A stretch of 32,319 nucleotides of DNA from Verrucomicrobiota bacterium. Its GTDB lineage: Bacteria > Verrucomicrobiota > Verrucomicrobiia > Limisphaerales > UBA9464. The notes under the pieces were generated by a model. It did not search any database and was not told where the DNA came from. It saw only the letters and a program-made list of their open reading frames with translations. A program made the position numbers and the translations under genes. How positions within the stretch are numbered: position 1 is the first letter of the stretch; the number at the start of each line of letters is the position of its first letter. The stretch covers positions 1 through 32,319 of the forward strand of contig JAYTHD010000117.1 in assembly GCA_043732975.1 (NCBI GenBank). Direction: 5' to 3'. Shown here one piece after another: positions 17,334 to 26,800 of this stretch.

Positions 17334-19249
17334 CAGTGGACCTTCTCCGACAACGCGGGAACTTCAGCTCCGGGATGGGCGAAGAGGGTTGCGAACAGCC
17401 CCGACCGCGCCAGCAATTCCGCCGGGCGCCCCTGCTCCACCAATTGTCCCCGATCCAGCACCAAAACCCAGTCCGCCGCGGCCACCGAACTCGCGCGCTG
17501 GGCGACGATCAAGGTCGTCCGTCCGCGTCGCAGCTCCTCCGTGGCCACCTGGATGTCGCGCTCGGTTTCCGCATCGATCGCACTCGTCGCATCGTCCAGC
17601 AGCAGGATTCGCGGCTGGCAAAGAAAAGCCCGGGCCAGCGCCAGCCGTTGTCGCTGCCCGCCGCTCAAAGAGATCCCGCGCTCACCGATCACCGTGTCAT
17701 AGCCCGCGGCCAGTTCGCAGATGAATCCGTCCGCTCTCGCCGCCGTGGCGGCCTGGATGATTTTCTCCCGCGACGCCTTCGGGCGGCCGTAGGCGATGTT
17801 GTCGGCCACCGTCGCACTGAACAGGAACGTCTCCTGAAAGACCATCGCCACCGCGTTTCGCAGTGCCGTCCGATCCAGTTCGCGCAGATCCTGACCGCCC
17901 AACAGAATCCGTCCTGAAGTCGGTTCGTAAAAACGCGGGATCAACGCCAGCAATGTGCTCTTGCCCGCACCCGTCGGCCCCACAATGCCCACGGTCTGCC
18001 CCGGTTCGATTTCAAAGGACAGATCGATCAACACCGGACGCGGTCCCCCGGAACCTATCGCCGGCCGCACCGGGGCCTGCTTGGACTCCGATTCCACCCG
18101 CAACGACGGAATCCGATCGTATTGAAAGGAGACTTTTTCAAAACGCAGTGAGCCCGCCAGGACCGGGTCAGCCTTTGCGCCGGCGACGGCGGCCCCCCGC
18201 ACGAGCGTTCCCTCGTCCTCCTCCAGAAACAGCTCCGCCACACGTTGGGCCGCGGAACCCGCGTTCTGCAGGATGCTCGTGATTTGGCCGATCACTCCGA
18301 TGCGCCCGCCCACCGCCAGCAGGTAGAACACAGCCGTCGCGAGTTGCCCCAGGAGCAGTCGGCCGCCGATCACCTCCCGCCCGCCCACCCAGAGAACGAG
18401 CGGGACTCCCAGTCCAAAAAGGAACTGGGCGAACGGGACCCGCGCCGCCCAATAGTTAACGGCGTCGTGTAACTCCCGTAGGAAGGCGTCCCGACGCTCG
18501 CGAAACCGCGCGACTTCGCCGGCTTCCCGCGCAAAGGCCTTCACCACCCGCACCCCCGCAATGTTTTCCTGCAGCACCGTGCTCATCTCCCCGTGCCGCT
18601 CATGCACCTTGCGCCAGCGGGGTTGCAGCCGGACCGCATAAAAGGCCATGGCGGCAATGGTCGGGATCATCGCCGCCAGGGTCAGGCCGCCCAGCAGCGG
18701 ACTCAGCCGGAAAATCAGCACGAACGTCCCGACCAAACCGGCGATGACATCGATGGAAAATAGCAGGCAGACAAAAACCAATTCCTGGAGCCGGTAGACG
18801 TCCGTGCCCGCCCGGGAGATCAGCTCTCCGAGGCGCGCATTGTCATGCCACGCAAACGGCCGCCGCTGCAGCGCATCGAACACCGCACAGCGCACATCCC
18901 CCAATGTTTCCAAGGCCGTGCGATTGCGGATCGGCCCAAGAATCAATCCAACAAGGGTGCGCAACGTCACCAGCGCCGTCAGGACCCACAGTGTCGGCCC
19001 CAACGAATACGCCGTCCCCGCCGGCAGGCCGGCCGCGCGCGGATTGCGAGTTAACCCGGTAATGGCCCCACCGAGCAGCTGGGGAATGGTCAGCTCAATG
19101 ACGATGTTCACCAACAGCAGGCCGATGGAGAGCGCCAACCAACCCGGACGCCGGCCCAGATAGCGCAACACCAAACCCATCGCCCGCATCGCGGAAAGAC
19201 GCGGGCGCAATACACTCTGCGGAATTTCGTTCGATGTACGGACAGCCAC
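17333..19249 (-). CDS. ABC exporter half-transporter (TMD-NBD), degenerate-site subunit (start uncertain)
   Basis: 638 codons from GTG 19249; an ATG at 19189 (MRAMGLVLRYL) is an alternative start. Walker A GPTGAGKST and signature LSGGQRQR. Walker B is ILLLDDATSAID, with Asp where the catalytic Glu is expected. The switch region is LIVAQRAS, with Gln where His is expected. Confidence 0.88.
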   Translation of the reverse strand: MAVRTSNEIPQSVLRPRLSAMRAMGLVLRYLGRRPGWLALSIGLLLVNIVIELTIPQLLGGAITGLTRNPRAAGLPAGTAYSLGPTLWVLTALVTLRTLVGLILGPIRNRTALETLGDVRCAVFDALQRRPFAWHDNARLGELISRAGTDVYRLQELVFVCLLFSIDVIAGLVGTFVLIFRLSPLLGGLTLAAMIPTIAAMAFYAVRLQPRWRKVHERHGEMSTVLQENIAGVRVVKAFAREAGEVARFRERRDAFLRELHDAVNYWAARVPFAQFLFGLGVPLVLWVGGREVIGGRLLLGQLATAVFYLLAVGGRIGVIGQITSILQNAGSAAQRVAELFLEEDEGTLVRGAAVAGAKADPVLAGSLRFEKVSFQYDRIPSLRVESESKQAPVRPAIGSGGPRPVLIDLSFEIEPGQTVGIVGPTGAGKSTLLALIPRFYEPTSGRILLGGQDLRELDRTALRNAVAMVFQETFLFSATVADNIAYGRPKASREKIIQAATAARADGFICELAAGYDTVIGERGISLSGGQRQRLALARAFLCQPRILLLDDATSAIDAETERDIQVATEELRRGRTTLIVAQRASSVAAADWVLVLDRGQLVEQGRPAELLARSGLFATLFAHPGAEVPALSEKVH

Positions 19250-19328
19250 AACGCCTGGCCCGGGTCGCTCCGGGTCGCCGACACTGGCAGCGGTCCCGCC
19301 CTCGGCAAGCCACGCGACGCGTGACCGT

Positions 19329-20237
19329 TTAGAGCAGGTTTTGATAGGCCAGCCACAAGGCCCGGAAATACCGCATGACGCGAACCGGGTCAGGACTTTC
19401 CGGGATTTCGGCCAGCGTGTAGCCGCGATAGCCCGAGGCCGTCAGACGTTCAAACAACCGGCGAAAGGGATAATCGGCGTGGAACAGATCGCGCAGATGA
19501 ACCTCCCCAATCCGCGCCTGGACGAGATCGAAGTTGGCGTCGAAGCCCGCTCCGGAAATATCGGTGGGATTGGAATTCCAGCAGACCTTGACCCGCGGAT
19601 TGGGCGCGTGATCCATGATGACCTTGATGTTGGGAAGCAACTGTGTCTCCGGGCCATGAACCTCCAGCCGGACAGACAAATCAAGATCCGCCGCTGTCCG
19701 CCCCAATTCGTCCAGGGAACGGCCGATCTGGGCCAGCGTCTTTTCCGGCGGCACTTCCTTGGGCAATCCATTGGGCCGCACCTTTACGCCCGTGGCACCG
19801 ACGTCCCGCGCCAACTGCAGGTACCGTTTGGTGGCCTCGATGTCGGTCCGCAATTTCGCTGCATCCGGTGTGTGAAAATCAAAGGCACTCCCCAGACTGA
19901 AAAGCTCCACCTCCGAATCGGCGAAGCGCTGCCGCACCTCCGCACGTTGCGCCGGACTCAAGTCCACCTCCACCTTGTGTGCATGGGTGGTGCGCAACTC
20001 AACCCCTTGGAACTTCGCTTCGCGACAATTCTTGATGATCGTTGCGACGTCCCAGTCCTTGGCCAGATTGTAGGTGACCAGTCCCAGCTTGAGGGGAGAG
20101 GGGCGACTGAGATCCGGATCTGCAGCGCGCAAACCGGCCCTCTCCGTGGAACCACTCCAGGCGGCCACCGTCGAGGTGACGGCCACCTGGGAAAGAAAAC
20201 GACGACGCGAAACGGCCGGCGACCGGGGGGTACTCAT
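19329..20237 (-). CDS. Tat-exported xylose isomerase-like TIM-barrel protein (sugar phosphate isomerase/epimerase family)
   Basis: ATG at 20237 gives MSTPRSPAVSRRRFLSQVAVTSTVAAW, a twin-arginine signal. The TIM-barrel family layout is present (GVELRT, VRLEVHGP, HLRD). The track start at 20261 is a GTG eight codons upstream. Confidence 0.75.
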   Translation of the reverse strand: MSTPRSPAVSRRRFLSQVAVTSTVAAWSGSTERAGLRAADPDLSRPSPLKLGLVTYNLAKDWDVATIIKNCREAKFQGVELRTTHAHKVEVDLSPAQRAEVRQRFADSEVELFSLGSAFDFHTPDAAKLRTDIEATKRYLQLARDVGATGVKVRPNGLPKEVPPEKTLAQIGRSLDELGRTAADLDLSVRLEVHGPETQLLPNIKVIMDHAPNPRVKVCWNSNPTDISGAGFDANFDLVQARIGEVHLRDLFHADYPFRRLFERLTASGYRGYTLAEIPESPDPVRVMRYFRALWLAYQNLL

Positions 20238-20339
20238 GGTGAACACCTGGGTATTGAGCACCAGGATCGGTGCCCTGCCAATGCCGATTTCACCCGGCGG
20301 CCACTCCGAAATTCCGGGAGCGCCGCCCTTTCCCCAGGA

Positions 20340-21359
20340 TCAGAGCATCCCTTCGCGCACCATCAGTTCCGCGTTCTGAATCGCATTCAGCGCCGCACCC
20401 TTCCAGAGGTTGTCGCCGGAAACCCAGAACGAAAGCCCGTTGTCCAGGGCGGTGTCGAGGCGGATCCGACCCACACCAGCCTTCACTTTCTCAGCGAAAT
20501 CCAAAGGCGTGGGATAACGGCGTTGCGCCGGATCATCGACCAGTTCGGCACCAGGGAATCCGGCGATGGCTTCGCGGGCCTCCGCGACCGAAACCGGCCG
20601 CTCGAACTCCGCATTGACGGCCACGGAGTGTGCCCGGACCACCGGGACGCGGACGCAGGTGGCCGAGACTTTCAGGTGCGGGAGGCCCATGATCTTGCGG
20701 CTTTCCAACATCATCTTGTTCTCCTCACCGGTATAGCCGTCGGTCCCGAAGGAATCGATCTGCGGAATGCAGTTGAAGGCGATCTGGTACGGATAGACGC
20801 TCTTGCTGATCGCCTCGCCGCGGACGTGCGCCACCACCTGCTGCTGGAGTTCGCGCACCGCCTCGGCGCCGGTGCCGGACACGGATTGATAGGTCGCCGC
20901 GAAATAGCGCTTGAGACCGAATTTCACGTGCAATGGCCACAAGGCCATCAGGGTGATGGCCGTGGAACAATTCGGATTGGCCACGATGCCTTTGTGCCGG
21001 CGCAACTCCTGGGGATTGATCTCCGGAATCACCAGCGGGACGTCGGGATCCATGCGCAGGGCGGAACTTTTGTCGATGACCAGGCAACCGGACTGGACAG
21101 CATCGGCCGCCAAAGCGCGCGTGACGGCACCGCCCGCGGCGAAAAAGGCGAGGTGCACGCCGGCGAAGGCGCCGGGCCGGGCTTCTTCAATCGTGTATTG
21201 TTTGCCGCGGACATCGACACTTTTGCCCGCGGACCGGGCGGACGCGAACAGGCGGAGTTGGTGAAGCGGAAACTTCCGCTCGTGCAAGAGACGCATAAGT
21301 TCCTGGCCGACCGCACCCGTGGCGCCGACGACCCCGACAGTGAGTGAAGGATTCTTCAC
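20340..21359 (-). CDS. asd: Aspartate-semialdehyde dehydrogenase
   Basis: 339 aa with a GTG start. VGVVGATGAVGQ Rossmann motif, active-site ANPNCSTAITLMAL, RVPVVRAHSVAV and a C-terminal LWKGAALNAIQNAEL. Confidence 0.92.
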   Translation of the reverse strand: MKNPSLTVGVVGATGAVGQELMRLLHERKFPLHQLRLFASARSAGKSVDVRGKQYTIEEARPGAFAGVHLAFFAAGGAVTRALAADAVQSGCLVIDKSSALRMDPDVPLVIPEINPQELRRHKGIVANPNCSTAITLMALWPLHVKFGLKRYFAATYQSVSGTGAEAVRELQQQVVAHVRGEAISKSVYPYQIAFNCIPQIDSFGTDGYTGEENKMMLESRKIMGLPHLKVSATCVRVPVVRAHSVAVNAEFERPVSVAEAREAIAGFPGAELVDDPAQRRYPTPLDFAEKVKAGVGRIRLDTALDNGLSFWVSGDNLWKGAALNAIQNAELMVREGML

Positions 21360-21527
21360 GATTGAATCTGCTTTGTTTTACGCCTCCCCGAGCGACAGCC
21401 CGGCGCGGCGGACTGGGTGTTTACTTCGGTCCGGGCCGATCCGCAACGGAAAGACACAGGGCGACCGGAATGTGGTGTCCCGCTCATCAGGCTTCCCTTG
21501 ACCACAAAATATGATTATTCATCTGGC

Positions 21528-21986
21528 ATGGACATCGTATTCAAGTGCCCGCATTGCGCGACCGATCTGGAAGTCGAATCGGAGGCCGGAGGAGAACAGA
21601 TTGAATGTCCGAAGTGCGCCCGCCCCCTGACCATCCCTGCCGCGACGGAAGCGGGCGAGGCCCGGCCCGCCGCCGAGGCCAAGTCGGAGAAGCGCATCGC
21701 CGTCCCGTTCAGCAGCAAACCCGCGGAGCCGCTCATCCATAAGGCCGCCAAACCGCTGGATGCCGCCGCCAAAGAGGCGAAGCCGGGGATGAAGGTGAAA
21801 ACGATCCGTCACTCGGATTGCAAGGAGGTCGGCAAGGACTTGTTTGATGCGAAGGTCAGCGAGGTTTTGAATGAACTGGGGGACGGCAACATCGTGAGCA
21901 TCACCCCGATCAACTACAGCTACATCGATATGGGCACCCAAAAGCTGTTGACGGATTTTGGTGTGATGATCGTGTACCGCGGCTGA
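21528..21986 (+). CDS. Zinc-ribbon protein with a small C-terminal alpha/beta domain (possibly DUF4177-like)
   Basis: ATG at 21528 gives MDIVFKCPHCATDLEVESEAGGEQIECPKCARPL (CxxC...CxxC). A low-complexity linker follows, then MKVKTIRHSD...VSEVLNELGDGNIVSITP...GVMIVYRG. The track start at 21417 adds 37 implausible residues. Confidence 0.55.
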   Translation: MDIVFKCPHCATDLEVESEAGGEQIECPKCARPLTIPAATEAGEARPAAEAKSEKRIAVPFSSKPAEPLIHKAAKPLDAAAKEAKPGMKVKTIRHSDCKEVGKDLFDAKVSEVLNELGDGNIVSITPINYSYIDMGTQKLLTDFGVMIVYRG

Positions 21987-22010
21987 TCGCAGCGCCTTCT
22001 CCTCCGCTCC

Positions 22011-22754
22011 ATGCCTTCGATCTACCCGGTCTATCGCTTACTTTCCAGTCGTTTTCGCAGGCGCAGAATTCAATGGTTTCTGGAGGTCATTTCCCCCAAG
22101 CCCGAGTCCAAAACCCTGGATGTTGGCGGCTACTACTGGTTCTGGCTGGATACCCCCGTTCCGGACCGCGTGACCCTGCTGAATCCCCACGTCATCCCCG
22201 GGCTCTCCGGACCGGTCCACGACCGGTTCAACTGCGTCGTGGGCGACGGCTGCAAACTGGAATACGCGGACCAGGCGTTTGATCTCGTCTTCTCCAACTC
22301 GGTGATCGAACATGTGGGCACCTACGAGCGGCAGCAGGCCTTTGCTGCGGAAGCACGACGTGTGGGACGCTCCCTCTGGATTCAAACCCCGGCGCGAAGC
22401 TTTTTCATCGAGCCACATCTGCTGACGCCCTTCATTCATTTTTTCCCGCGCTCCGTCCAGGCCCGACTCATTCGCTATTTCACTGTGTGGGGACTGATGA
22501 CCCGACCCACCCCGGCGCAGGTCGAAGGCTTTCTCAACGAGGTCCGGTTGCTGACCGGCGAGGAAATGCAGGCGCTGTTTCCCGACTGCAGGATCCTGCG
22601 CGAAAAATGGCTCGGCTTTACCAAGAGCTACGTCGCCGTCCGTCTGGCCGCCTGCGCTTCGGACCCGGCCGCTTCCGATCCCACCGATCCTGCCAGGGTG
22701 ATCTCCACCCGCAACAATTCGTCACCGCGCAGCCGGACCGTGCAGCGGGCTTGA
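22011..22754 (+). CDS. Class I SAM-dependent methyltransferase-like protein (atypical motif I)
   Basis: 247 aa. LDVGG followed by YYWFW instead of a GxGxG loop. FDLVFSNSVIEHV is typical of Methyltransf_11/23-type proteins. The last ~40 codons are low-complexity and overlap the convergent 22628-23125 gene. Confidence 0.6.
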   Translation: MPSIYPVYRLLSSRFRRRRIQWFLEVISPKPESKTLDVGGYYWFWLDTPVPDRVTLLNPHVIPGLSGPVHDRFNCVVGDGCKLEYADQAFDLVFSNSVIEHVGTYERQQAFAAEARRVGRSLWIQTPARSFFIEPHLLTPFIHFFPRSVQARLIRYFTVWGLMTRPTPAQVEGFLNEVRLLTGEEMQALFPDCRILREKWLGFTKSYVAVRLAACASDPAASDPTDPARVISTRNNSSPRSRTVQRA

Positions 22755-23125
22755 ACCAGATTGCCCAATCGCGCCCCGATCTCCGCCGCCAACGTCAACA
22801 CATCCCCCGGCCGGGCGGATCCCAGGATCTTCGCCTGTCGCAGGCCGGTGAGCTTGAGTCCCGGCAACGGCGGCCGGGCCGGATCGCACTGCGCCACCAC
22901 ACCCGCCAACTGCGCCGCGGCCTCCAGCAACAAAACCCCCGGCATCAGGGGGTCTCCTGGAAAATGCCCCCGCAAAAACGGCTCATCGCCCCGCACCGTA
23001 TATTCCCCTGCGCCACGCACCCCGGGTTCGAGAGACGTCAACCGGTCCACAAAACGGAATTCCGGACCGTGCGGAAGTTGGGCCAGCGCATGGGAAAACG
23101 ATTCGACCTCCGCGTCCGGATTCAT
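22628..23125 (-). CDS. FabA/FabZ-like 3-hydroxyacyl-ACP dehydratase (hotdog fold)
   Basis: 165 aa. FRFVDR...GHFPGDPLMPGVLLLEAAAQLAG is the FabZ/FabA active-site region. The ATG overlaps the upstream LolA-like stop (ATGA at 23122-23125). Confidence 0.8.
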   Translation of the reverse strand: MNPDAEVESFSHALAQLPHGPEFRFVDRLTSLEPGVRGAGEYTVRGDEPFLRGHFPGDPLMPGVLLLEAAAQLAGVVAQCDPARPPLPGLKLTGLRQAKILGSARPGDVLTLAAEIGARLGNLVQARCTVRLRGDELLRVEITLAGSVGSEAAGSEAQAARRTAT

Positions 23126-23871
23126 CGACGCGCCTTCTTGGTCCCGGGTTGGCTGATCACATAGTCCGGGGGAAGCGCGGGCCGAAACACATCGTCGGCG
23201 ATCACCGCATTGGTCACGATTTGCGCAAAGTCATTCCGCATCGTCGACCCGTCGGCGAAACGGAGTTGCGTCGCCCGCAGGGTCTGATCCGCGATGCTGA
23301 AAGTGAGCTGAACCTCCGGCATGATCTTCCGCGCCGTGGCCGACTTCGGGCGAAGCGTCGCCGTGTGAAGTCCATTTGTTTCGCTCACCCCGCTGATGGT
23401 AAAGCCCGCGTCCAGATCGGACCGGCTGCGCGGAAATCCGGTGTCAAGCAAAGCCACCGCATCCTTCCAAGGCCCGAGCGCGGCCGCCTCCAGCGAATAA
23501 CGTTCCGCCCGCTTCAATCTTGGATAGACAATCAACATGTCTGCGGCTTGCCGGATCGCGATCGTCTGCGGCGGATCCCCCAGTTCCCACCGGAAGCGAT
23601 TGGGGGCGACAAACCAGATCCGGCCGTGGGTGGTCAGCGGTTGGTTCAAGGTGCTCAACATCCGAGTCTGAGTGAACGCCGCCTGCCAACTGACGAGATT
23701 GGTTTGGGAGGCGAGCCAGGAATCCAAGGCGGTCGACGCATCCGCCGCGCGGGCAATCGCCAGCCAACTCCCGGCCAGGACCAGGAACGCCAAGCGGCCC
23801 GCCGAGCGCAACTCCCGACCCGTCACCAGCAGGAAGATGGCTTTCAGGAAATGGCGGGTCCGGTCTTTCAT
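23122..23871 (-). CDS. LolA-like outer-membrane lipoprotein carrier family protein
   Basis: Start taken at ATG 23871, 13 nt after the MMPL gene stop, giving MKDRTRHFLKAIFLLV...LAIARA/ADAS (signal peptide). LolA-like core: FTQTRMLSTLNQPLTTHGRIWFVAPNRFRWELGDPPQTIAIRQADMLIVYPRLKRAERY. The longer track ORF to 24087 overlaps the upstream gene by about 200 nt. Confidence 0.65.
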   Translation of the reverse strand: MKDRTRHFLKAIFLLVTGRELRSAGRLAFLVLAGSWLAIARAADASTALDSWLASQTNLVSWQAAFTQTRMLSTLNQPLTTHGRIWFVAPNRFRWELGDPPQTIAIRQAADMLIVYPRLKRAERYSLEAAALGPWKDAVALLDTGFPRSRSDLDAGFTISGVSETNGLHTATLRPKSATARKIMPEVQLTFSIADQTLRATQLRFADGSTMRNDFAQIVTNAVIADDVFRPALPPDYVISQPGTKKARR

Positions 23872-23884
23872 GCGTCGTGGCGTT

Positions 23885-26800
23885 TCATTTTGATCGTTTT
23901 TCCGGCGCACCGGTTCGCGGCCAGACCGGAACAAAATGATACCATTGGTCGGGAAACTGCCGGAGGGACGGCTCGAAGGCACGAAGGATTTCCCCGGTGA
24001 ACAATCGCCGTCGTTCGCGATCCCCCAAGGCGGCGCGATCGTAGCCGACCTCGGGCAGGATGCGCGCGGTGTAGCCGACGCCGTCATGGAGGATCACCAC
24101 CGGCAAAACCGCACAACCGGAAGCGCGGGCCAGTTCGGCGGCGGCGTTGGAAACCGGAAACGGGCGACCGAAAAGTTCCACCGCCACCGCATTTCGCCCG
24201 GCCGGACGATCCAGCAACAGGGCCACCGCCGTGCCCTGGCCGAGGTGACGGATGACTTCCACAAAGGCAAACGGCTCGTCGCCGACAATCAGCGTCTCCA
24301 CGCCCCAACGAGCGCGCGCCGCCTGACGCAACTGGGTGAGGCGCGAGTCCGGTTCCGGATTCGACAACGCCAGGAGCCGATGCCCCTTGTGAGTCAGGAT
24401 GGGACCGCCGAGTTCCCAGTTCCCCAAATGCAACGTGACCAGCAACACGCCCCGCCCACCGGCTTGCGCGGCCTCAAACCGCTCCCAGCCCTCCAGTTTG
24501 CGAAACGCCGGCAGCACCGCGCCGCCACCTTCAAACCGCCACAGGTCCGTCACCTTCCGTGCGAAATTTTTCACCAGACGAAAAGCCGCCGCGTTCGCCC
24601 GCGCCGGATCGTCTCCGCAGAGCGGCAGGAGATTCTCGACGACCACGCCGCGCCGCGCCGGTTGCAACCCCCAGTAAACCCGTGCCACCAGACCACCGAC
24701 GAGCGTCACCAGGCCACTGGGCAGCACCCGCACCGCCAGCAAACCCGCCTGCCAAGCCCAGCGGCCGTAAAGGGTCGACGGCCGATCCGGCGCCTTGTCC
24801 CCACCCTGGCCGTAGATCGCCAGCCACCAACCCGGCAACAGCCCGACGGCCACCAGAAAACTCGCCGCAATGCCCGTGGCACAGACGGCTCCCAAGCTGG
24901 CCAGGCCGCCATTGCCCGAACTGACCAACGAGCCGAAGCCCACCACCGTGGTCGCGGCACACAGCAACAACGCCCGGCCCGTCGACTGCCACGCCCGCCG
25001 CTGATCGCCGGCAAAGCGCCGCAGGGTGAGTTGCTGGTGGATGCCATAATCCACGCCCGAACCCAGCAGCAACGGCACGGCCATGAAGTTCAGAAGATTC
25101 CAGGACCAGCCCGCCAGTCGCATCACCACCAGCAGCACCAACGCCGCGACCAGTAACGCCGCCACGCTCAACAACACTTCGCCCCAACGGCGGAAGGCGA
25201 ACCAGAGCGACAGCAGCAGCAACGCGAGCATCGGCGCCAGCACCCGGCCCAAATCGCCCTCGACACGTCCGAGCAAGGCTTCCCCGAGCAGCGTCCAGCC
25301 GGTCATCCACGCACCGTTGGCCGACAATTCCTGCATCAATTTCGGAAGGCCCCTTTCCGACTGGACGCCGTCGCCGGCGTAGGCCAGACCGGCAATCAGG
25401 AAGCCTTCGCCACCGCGGGCGACGAATCGTTCCAGAGTCCACGTACTCGCCGCATTGGTGGGCCAGACCGGCTGGATCCCGGCCCCAGCCCGCGACCACA
25501 CCGAACCCAATTCGCGGGTGAGCCACAGGGCGTTGCTCGTGAATCCCGCCCGGGTCGCCGCGGCCTGCAGGTTCGGCAACTCGTGAACCAACCAGCGCGC
25601 CGTCTCCTGGTTCGACCGCTGATTCTCCGGTTGCGGCCACAACAGATCCGGTAACAACACCTGGGAAAGCACCTGGTTGGAAACCGCCGACTGCAAAATC
25701 GGACGCAAGGCCTGCAGTCGCCGAGCCATGGCCGATTCGTCGCGCCCGGTGATGACCAACCACAACGGAATGCGATGTTCTCCCAGACGTTCATTTAACC
25801 GCTCCGCCGCCGTGTAAGCCTCGCTGTGCAACGGACGCAAGGGATCCGCCGAGTGCGACACCGGCGGTAAACCACGCATCAGAATGACCCCCGACCCCGC
25901 GAGCACCAAAACCGTTCCCATCAGCGGTCCCCAGCGAAAGCGCTTGAACGGCGACGCCTCCGGCGATCTCGGACCGGGGACGGAACTGCCGGCCGCACTC
26001 GCCCGATCAAGCCGCGTCAGCACGATGGGTAAAAAGACATAGGTCATCACCACCGCGCCCACGCCAATTCCCAAAGCGACCAACGTGCCGAGCTGACCCA
26101 GCCCCGGCAGCGCGCTGAGATTTAAAATGAGAAACGCGCCGGCCGTGGTTATCGCCGACCAAAGAATTCCCGAACCCGAATGGCGACGCACTTCGGCGGC
26201 AGTTTGTCCGGGGTTGGCCAGGGCCTCCTGATACACCACCAATCCGTAGTCCACCACCAGTCCGAGCAGGATCGCGGCGAATCCCAGACTCACCACGTTC
26301 AGCGTGCCGATCAACAATCCACCCAAAGCCAGCGTCCCCACCAGCGTCGCCGTCAGCAGGACCACCAGCCACAGGAGCGGACGCCACGAGCGGTACGCCC
26401 AACCGAAAAGCAGGGCGATGATCACCAGCGTTCCCAGCACAGAGTTGCGAATGTCCCGCTCCATGCCCGCCGCGATTTCCGCCACAAAAGCTGGACGACC
26501 GGTGAAATGAACCCGCACTGCGCCCTTTCCCTCGCTCGCTTCCCACGCCGCAATTTTCTGGCGCACCGCCGCAATCCAGGCCGCGCACTCCGGATAACCC
26601 CCCAGCGGCGTGGCGGGTTTGACAAAGATCACCCGGAACAATCCGTCGGACGCCGCAAACATTGGATCCCCGCGTCCAAAGGATTCCAGTTCGGAACCCG
26701 CCAGCGGCAACCGGGTCAGGCCGAACGGATCAAAACTGGAGCGTGCGATTTCCTCGGGCGACATCGAATTCGCCAAACGTTCACGGGTCTCGGCGAGAAC

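Noticed and set aside
19341-21347. 668-aa plus-strand ORF, the longest unexplained ORF in the track
   Set aside because: It runs antisense across two independent, motif-supported genes (the TIM-barrel protein and asd) and the spacer between them. It is R/G/H/P-rich with no recognisable domain. Long stop-free antisense frames are expected at this GC content.
21498-21527. TTGACC and TATGAT hexamers upstream of the 21528 zinc-ribbon gene
   Set aside because: The spacer between the two hexamers is only 6 nt, so they cannot form a sigma70 promoter together.
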